A DNA stretch of 27,589 nucleotides, from positions 1-27,589 of the IMG/VR virus record IMGVR_UViG_3300017784_006649. One strand, written 5' to 3'. Shown here in pieces: positions 10,519 to 19,500 of this stretch. Source of the DNA: a virus. Lineage: Duplodnaviria > Caudoviricetes. Position 1 is the first letter of the stretch. Each line of letters begins with the position of its first letter. The notes below the pieces were generated by a model. The model was not told the origin of the DNA. It did no database searches and saw only the letters and a program-made list of their open reading frames with translations. A program made the position numbers and the translations under genes.

Positions 10519-13500
10519 TTAGTTTTCATATTGTGCTTTTAATGATGTTCTTCTAATCACCAATGGAGAAGTTTGTATTCCAGTAAACCCATTAGTTTTG
10601 ATTACAGAGAATGTTTTTGGATCAATTCGTGTAGAAAAATTAAATAATTTACCCCAACTATAATTACCAACCTTTCCAGTAGTATCTAGACCAACTTTAT
10701 CAACTGTTACTGATGTAGATGCAACTCCGACAACTGAAACAACATTACTAAACACAGTTACAATTCCAGAAACTCCATTATTAATAACTTGGTCTGCTCT
10801 GTATATATTATCTATAAATGATGTTCCAATACCGACGGTTGTAATTCCAGATGAGACATAAATTGAAGTTACTCCAGTTCCAGTAATAGTATTAAATGCA
10901 ACAAAGTAATCTCCTGTTGAAATTCCGCTTCTTGCAATTAATGGATTTAAATCAATTGTACTTCCAATTTTTGTAGTATTTAATCCAACATCACTTTGTA
11001 ATGTGAATATAATCATTGGTGTAGTGGTAGAAATACCAGAGGCACTAGTTCCAATTCCAATCAATTTACCATAGTCCCCAATAACATTTACACTATCAAT
11101 ATTTTCATAAACTGCTGTTGGGGGAGAAATAATTACTCCAACATCAGAAGTTGAAATATAACCAAATCCACCATTATTTACGGTAATTGAGGAGATAGAT
11201 CCTCCAGCGGAAACGTTTGCTGTTGCAGCCGCATCTGATAGCTCTGGGGAGCTAATTAAGTACTGACTTGTAGAACCAACTCCAATAACAGAATTACCAT
11301 TATTAGTCAATGCAAATATTGTTGGGGTAACTGATGATTTTAAGAACCAATCTATTCCATTAATTGAATTTGCAACAACACCATTTCCCCCAGCTGCAAC
11401 AAACACATCACCAACAAAGGTAACAGATAATAAATTATTGCTAGTCGCTAAAGAATTTATTGTCCAAGGTCCAATTAGAGCAGTTGAATATCCTACTGCA
11501 CCACTATCACCCACAACTACATATTTGTTATTACCATAAACAATATCATTTAGATTAGCGTATCCACCATTGGGTTCCCTTTCAACTCTAAATTGTCTGT
11601 TTGTAATATTTCCCATCAAGGAAGACATAATAACACCATTATTTCCAACAACAACAAATCTGGAGTCTATATCAGAATAGATAACCGAATTCAAAGTATT
11701 GGTAACATTTGAAATTATGTCTCCATTAATATTAACAAAAGAATTAGCATTAATTAGCCAAGCTGTACCAATTCCACTTATTCCCTCTGTGATGGGAATT
11801 CCATTGCTCAACCAATTTATTGCTTGGGGATAAACATAATCAGAAACAAATACACTACCTCCACTACCAACAGCAACAAATGTGCTAGATCCGTAAGCAA
11901 CCGAATTAAGTTTTCTAGTTGTTGTAGATACTGCAAACTCAAATCTACCAAAAGTGCCAGGATAGTAAAGATAAATTATACCAGGATTCCAGTTTGAAGC
12001 ATTATCCGTCGAATAACCAACTTTGGCATCAGACCCAACTCCAACCCAAACATCATCCCCATAAGCAAGAGAATTTAATTGATTATTTGTTGTAAAACTT
12101 GGAGTAGTTCTTTTCCAGGTTTCAAGATTATTTGAAGTTGAAATTCCTCCATTATCATCACATACAACGTAAATAAAATTATCACTTCTATATTGAATAT
12201 CTTTAAGATTTGTATTTGATATGGTTGTGGTAACTCCTACCGACCAAGTTTTTCCAATCTCTTTAATTTGAGATCTTGAATAAAATGCAACTTCTGGGGA
12301 ATCCACATAACCAGATCCTGGTATGGTTACAACTAATGATGTGATTGTTCCTGCAGAAGAAACATTAGCAACTAATGCATCCGCAGCCGAAGTTTCAATA
12401 TCTTTAATAATTTTTATATTGTTATCGGATTCTTGGGTTTCATCAATAATCCTAAAATCTGGATATGCATTTTGAACATATATTTCAATATCTGATGTAG
12501 AAAAATCTTTAATTATCCTAGTTGTTGGAGATATCCTTGGTTCTAAATAATTTCTCGATTTATTAACAATGTCACCATCAATAATTAAATCAGATGTTTG
12601 TTTTGTCCAAGTCAGGGGTCTAATAAAACTTGGATTTGTTGAAATACCAACATCATTATAATTAAATGTCTCAACTTTATCTGATGTTGATAAATTAACA
12701 ATTAATCTATCAATTTGTGACGAAACATTATCCTGCAACTTTAAATTTAGTTCATCACCAACTTTAACTGACTGTAATGGAGTTGCAGTTACAACATCAG
12801 AAGTCGATCCTTGATAGAATAAGAATTTTAATTTACTTCCAGCTGTTGGCGCACTTGTAAATAAAATATTAGTGCCGCTTGTAAATTTATAATCTTTTTC
12901 AGGTATTTGTAGTACATCATTAATGAATACAATTAAATTATTTTGAAGAACTAAATCAGATCCATCCTCCTTTTGAATACTATATGGTTCTGGTGACAAT
13001 CCAGTTGTTCTTGTGATTGGAAATAATTTTCTAATTCCGTTAAACTTATTTGAAAAATCATCAAGTTTAACTAATTCCCCAAAAATCCATCCAGAAAATT
13101 CATCTGCATATGTACTGATAATTCTAAATGTGCAAGTACTTCCTATTCCAGTTACAGAAGGGCTACTTAATGAAAGAACATCATTTATTTTATAACCAAT
13201 ACCTCGATTTGTTACATCAAAAGAGATAACAGATCCACCAGTTCCAACAACAACATTTACCTTAGCACCACTTCCAAACCCTCCAGTTAAAGAAACATTT
13301 GGGTATGAGCCAGTAGTATATCCAGTTCCAACTCCAATAGATACTTCATTAATGATACCATTTCTTGGTAAAGTTTCTCTATCTGTTCCAGTAAATGTAA
13401 TTGTAGTAATTCCAGATATACCATCATCTGATAAAATATAATCTGTAGTTGCATTGGCCCCAATAGGTCTTTGGAAGATATTGTTAATTAAAATTATTCC

Positions 13501-16500
13501 CCCACCAAATGTAGTAATTCCAGAAATATTATTTTGATTTGATTTTAAAATAAAGGTTTTTCCAGTTCCAGCATTTCCTGTAAATTGAGAAGAAATATCG
13601 TCAATGATGTAGTTCAAATCATAATTTTTTCTATAAAAAATTCTACCAGCAAATGTGGTATTTGTAGAAATTCCCACATTAAAGGTAGTCAACCCAACAG
13701 GGGCATATGGGGCAGAATTAAAATATATGTCACCTTTAAAAATGGTATAATCCCCAGAAATAACTGATGCTGCTGCCCCAACTGTATGTGCAGTAGAAAC
13801 AGTATTAAATTGTGCTCTACTTACTGACAAAACATTTGTAGAACCAAGTCCCACCACATTAACTTTTAAAATCTCGTCATCAATTTTCAATAATGTATTG
13901 GATGTTATTGAAGTTATTCCTGTTACTGTTATAGCGGTGCTTCCAATACCAATTGCAGTAGAAAGCCCAATAAAAATATTTTTTTGATAAAGTGGACTTT
14001 GAATTATATTATCCAAAGTTATTAATGCTTTAGTATTTGCAATTTCGGGAGCAACCGATAGCGAATGTATCGATCCTATTCCAACAGAAGTAAAATTGAA
14101 AAAGATATTATTTACTGTTGAGTCTGTTTTAATTCCAGAGAGTTTAATACTATTTGCATTAATTTTAAAAGCAAATAGATCTGTTGGTAATAAAGTAGTG
14201 GAAATTCCAGATAGTGTTCTATTGGTAGTGGCAATTCCAATTGCAGATCCTCCAGGGCCTGGATCATAAATCAATTTTTCTCCGGTGGAGAACTCATGAT
14301 TGTTAATTGTTAAAATAGAACTACCAATACTTGTTACTGAATTTGGGGAAAACTTAGTATGAAGTAAGCTATTACCATCGGATGTTAAAGAAAATGAAGT
14401 TATTCCTACAATATTACCACCAGAAGTTGTTGTAATACCGCTAAATTGTGGGCTTATATCATCAATCGTTAACACTTTATTAGTAATTGATTCTACATAA
14501 GGAATTATTTTTTTAGAATTAAATTTAATAAATTTAGAAAATCCATTACTCAATGTTTCTTCTGATCCCAAATCAAATGATGATTTAGTGTACAAAGATG
14601 ATACATTATCAATTTCAATTAGTAACCCAACTTCACTTGAGGCAATTGAAACTCTTGCTGGGATTGTATTTTTGATATCTACAGGACTTAATACATCCAG
14701 ATCTGAAAAGTTTTTAAATCCAGCAGTATGGGCAAGACTATTTACTGGTTCTTCCCAAGTAGAATATGGAGTTGTACTTTTAATTGCGTATGAAAAATTT
14801 TGATAATAAAAACTATCTTGTAGTCTTTCAAATGAGTTGTTTAAAAATCCTGATGTGTTTTGCCATCCATTAGATTTTTCTGTAGATGATTTAACTAAGA
14901 AATTTCCATCAAAAGTAATTACATCAACAATAGATGCTTTAGTTTTGGAAGTACTCCCATTTATATTTGAATTTAAATCAAATACCCCAGATACATCCTT
15001 AAGTTTTAATATTTTTGTTTTTGGATTCCATCCATTTTTAATTACTTTGCCATTTACTCCAGATGTTGAATTTACAATCTCGTCTTCATTAAAATTTTGT
15101 TGTTGAATTACAACATTAAACTTTGCTAAATCAGAATCCTTAATAACTCTAGCAAAACTATTATTTGCATCAAAATTACCACCTGTAGTTCCAAATCCAA
15201 CAGGTCTTTGATAAGTTACAGATGATACATTTGCATCATTTAAAAATGAAGTGATTTCAAAATTCTGATAATTATAATCCGAAGAATTGTACCCACCACC
15301 TTGAGTAAGTGATTCTGATAAAATAGCACCCTCTACAAAAATTTGGTCACCAACTGAAAATGGGAAACTGACAAATCCATTATTTGGACGTTTTAATGTT
15401 AATGTATTAAAAGATCCGCTAGATTCTGCATTAGTTACTGATACCCCATTACTGTTATTGGTAGAAACAATAGTTGGAGTAATTTCAGGCAATCCACCAT
15501 CTGAAATTAAAATATTTACTCTGGATACAGAAGATCCTGATAGTTTAGTTTCTAATATAATATTACTATTTTCTATAACAATTGGAGTTGGTGGAGTTAG
15601 ATATCCAGAACCGCCGCTACTTATACCGACTTGAGAAATTATAAAATTATCTTTAACTCGCAATATTGTTGGTAATTCGGATTTTGGTACAATTGTGGTG
15701 TCAGCAGAATAATTATATCCAACATTTAATGACGATGAACTTTTTATTTTACCAATAATATCAGAATAAGATCTAAGAATTGCAGAAGACCCTGTATCAG
15801 ATACAATATTAGATATCGCAGGTAGCGATCTATATCCAACCCCACCAAAAAACAGTTTGACTTTATCAATTCCACCTGATGCCGAGGTAGAACTAGTTGT
15901 ATATTTAATAATTGAGGTGTTTGATTGATTATATAAAGAATGCTCTGGCTTTTTATTTAAATTTAGAGTAAAACTGGTTGAACCTATGCCAGAGACAACA
16001 AATTCATTATTATATAAACTACTATTAATTAAAATTTTTGAAAAATCTTTAACATCTCTGTCTTGAGAAATTTTATATTCTTGTCCATCTGCTAAATCTT
16101 CTTGAGTTAATGCATAATATAAAATTTCAGGTGTACTGATATTTGTAGACAAATTAACTTTAGTTGATGTAGATAAATTTCCAGGTATTCCTGATCTTGT
16201 TATTGTGGGAAGTGAGTATTCATTCAGTAAATTTTGATCAAGATAGAAACGTAATTTAAAATTTGAAAGACTTAAATCTGATACAGCAAACCCAACAGTA
16301 TTCCCTCTAGTGAATTCAATTCTAGGATTAATTAAAGATATCTCATGATTACCTGATCCAGTAGTTGTTATTGCAACAATAGTTGGATTCTTTTTAAGTG
16401 TTTCTGCATAAGTATTTGTTAATCTAATAAAATCATTACTATCTTTTATAACGTAGTATGAATTTCCATTAACTAAAGATGATGCTGGGCTACTAGCAGT

Positions 16501-19500
16501 ATAAACTACCTTATCGCCATTTTTAAAATTGTGAGAAGATATATTAATCGTAGAAACTGTGGTTCCAATTCCAATAGAGGTTGAAGCAAAAGATACTGGG
16601 TTAATTACTATTTTATCAATCAATCCATTATATTTTACAATTGCATTTTCAGTTCTATTTGGAGTCAATGTCAAATTGATTACATTGGAAGTTGATATTC
16701 CATGACTACTATCAGTAACTACTGTAGTTTCAAATTTAGTTGCGGTCCCTGTGATATTTTTATTTACTGTAGTTAACTTGTGAGTTGATCCGCTACCAAT
16801 ACCTACAATATACAGTGTGCTTAAACTTCCAATTCCAGATCTAGTTGTTCTTATTCCAATTGTATCTGATGCCTCAGATAGTCTAGTTGCAAATATTAAT
16901 TGTCCGTCAGATAATGTAAATGGATTACTTAAATTATCATATTCAGATACAGTAATTCCTATTCCAGAATTTGAAGAGTATGTAAATGGTTCAAAGGTTT
17001 GAAATGGTGACGATTCACATCCACAACTCAAACATGGAATAAAAATTGATTTTGCCCCAACAAAATTAAAATTTTTCTTCAATACATTAAAAGTTAATCC
17101 AACCCCAGTTAACGATGCACTATTGAATTGAATATTAATAAAAGTTGATCCTATTGAAGTAATTCTAGATTCGCTGGTATTAATTCCTGCCGGGGTTCCG
17201 TTTGTAATTTGAATAAAGTCTGATGGTTGAAATGAGTGACTATTAAAGAAGATTCTTGTTGTTGATCCAGTTGTGATTCCAGTTGAAGTAAACGAAACTC
17301 CATACCCAATAAAGTATTTTGATCCAGTAGTCCCCAAACCAACAGATGTTAGAGGATCAAAATATGTGGTTTTGTTTTCTCTTATTACTAAATCAGTTTT
17401 AATATTTGGTACACTATATGAAAAACTTCTTGGGTTTAAAGTAACCACATCTCCTGCAGAATGTGCGACTCCTACAGTACCATCATATGCTCTTTGTACT
17501 CTATATGAGTTATCTACAGTGTTTATATTTAAAATTAATAACTTTTCTGATCCAACTACAATAGTATCATCAGTAAGAAGTCTTCCCGAAGTTGCAGATT
17601 CTGACAAAGTTATTGTGGTTACAATACCAGTTTGAGCAGAATTACCAATGGTGCTTAATAGTGATGTTGATACATCTGGAACGGATATATTAAAACTACC
17701 TTCAAATTCTTTAAACGCTGAACTACTAATTCCAGAAATAACAAGAATTTGATTGTTTGCTAATCCATGTGAGGATGTACTAAAAGCAGTTACAGTGTTT
17801 TGATCATAACTAAATGTTAAATTATCAATTTTAATTTCATTTGAGGTAATTGATGTTACATTTTTACCTACTAATCTATCAACTTCTCCAGAAGCACCTC
17901 TTCCACCAGTTCCACCATCATCAAAGATAATATTATCACCAATTTTATATTCACTTCCTGGTGATAAAATTTGAACCGAACTAATTCCAGAAGAAAATAC
18001 GGAATTAATTATGAATGATTCATTTTTATTGCTGAAATCATTTAATCCACTATAATATACATTAGATTCGGTAATTCTATATGGGGTAGAATTTCTCGAA
18101 AGTGTACCATTTAATAGTAAATTTGAACTTTGATTATTTAATAGATCAAAATTGAATAATTCTGCTTCATTTTTAAATTTGTTTACTGTATATGGGAAGG
18201 TTGTTTTAGTTGCAAAATATGCATACGTTCCATTTGGAAATTCTGGGGTAACACAAAATCTTCCGTTATATTCATCTAAATCACCAGATTCTGTGTATTC
18301 ATAATCAGTAACAAAAAACCCAAGAGGAAATTCTGCAGTTGATGGTCTATTTGGTTTTGATACTAATGTGTAACTACTTAAAATTTGTTTAGGGTTAGCA
18401 GAACTTGTTTCCGAAGAACCACCATAAGGGCCATAAATTGGATTGCCATCATATGCCCATCCTACAATTGGAGAGTGAACTGTATTAATTCCAACTTCAA
18501 CTAAGGATGCATTTAAATTATCATGTAATGTTCTTCTTAATCTTTTGGGAGCAATTATAGAAACAAATTGCGAACCTAAATCTGAATTGAAACTTGGAAT
18601 AATTACGCCATCATCAGTTGCAGTTGGATATTTTGAAAATGAATTAACTTTCCATTTTTGTATATTTGCTTCAAACTTTGCTCCAGAACCTAAAGTTTGA
18701 ACTTGAATTGATGTTGTATCTTGGTTATAATCTTTTCCAGAATCAATAATTTGAACAGATTCAATTGCACCATCGACTACTCGTGCCTTAAGTCGTGCAA
18801 ATTTACCATCCCCATCTACAATTAATTCTGGTATTGAAACATAGTCAGATCCTTGTTCTAAAACAAATACATCGACAAGTTGTCCATTTACAACACGAGG
18901 TTGCAAAATAGCACCAGAACCACTTGTAACAGTTACTGTTGGTTTTCTATTAAAATTGAGTATTTGTGATCCATATTCATATCCTCCATTTGTTAAGAAT
19001 ATATCTTTTACCACACCTCTTACAGATAAAAATGCAGTTGCTTGAGTACTTATACCTGTAGTTAAAGTGGAATTCGTAATCCCATCTATATTAATTGTAA
19101 TTGGAGTGTATTTGAATGTATGAACACCACTTCCAATTGACGATAATTTAACATAGTCGTTATCAATTAATAATTGGTTTGAACTTGCTGTTGCAATTCC
19201 AGTGAAAGTTGAAACCCCAACAATTTTTTCAACTAGTCTAAATTTATCACTATCCAGTGTTAAAGCATAGTATATTTTTTCTGTGCTTAGTCCAGAAATT
19301 GCAGATCCAGTTCTAGAGTATATAATTTCTTCTCCAGTTTCAAATCCATGTCTTTTTGCAAAAATATAATCATCTGAGGTATTAATACCAACTAAGGCAG
19401 TAGAAATTCCTGGAAATACTGGAGGATATGATGATGAAACAATTTCAATATTTCTATTTTGATAACCTTCTCCTGGATTTGTTACCTGAATAAAATCAAT

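Noticed and set aside
11250-12256. Photosystem II assembly factor Ycf48 as an auxiliary metabolic gene
   Set aside because: The propeller is an in-frame internal domain of gp7 with no signal peptide. The resemblance is at the generic blade-repeat level.
17151-17342. 63-aa alternate-frame ORF inside gp7
   Set aside because: Short, with no SD or promoter. The Leu/Gln-rich composition is what a frame-shifted read of Thr/Ser codons produces.
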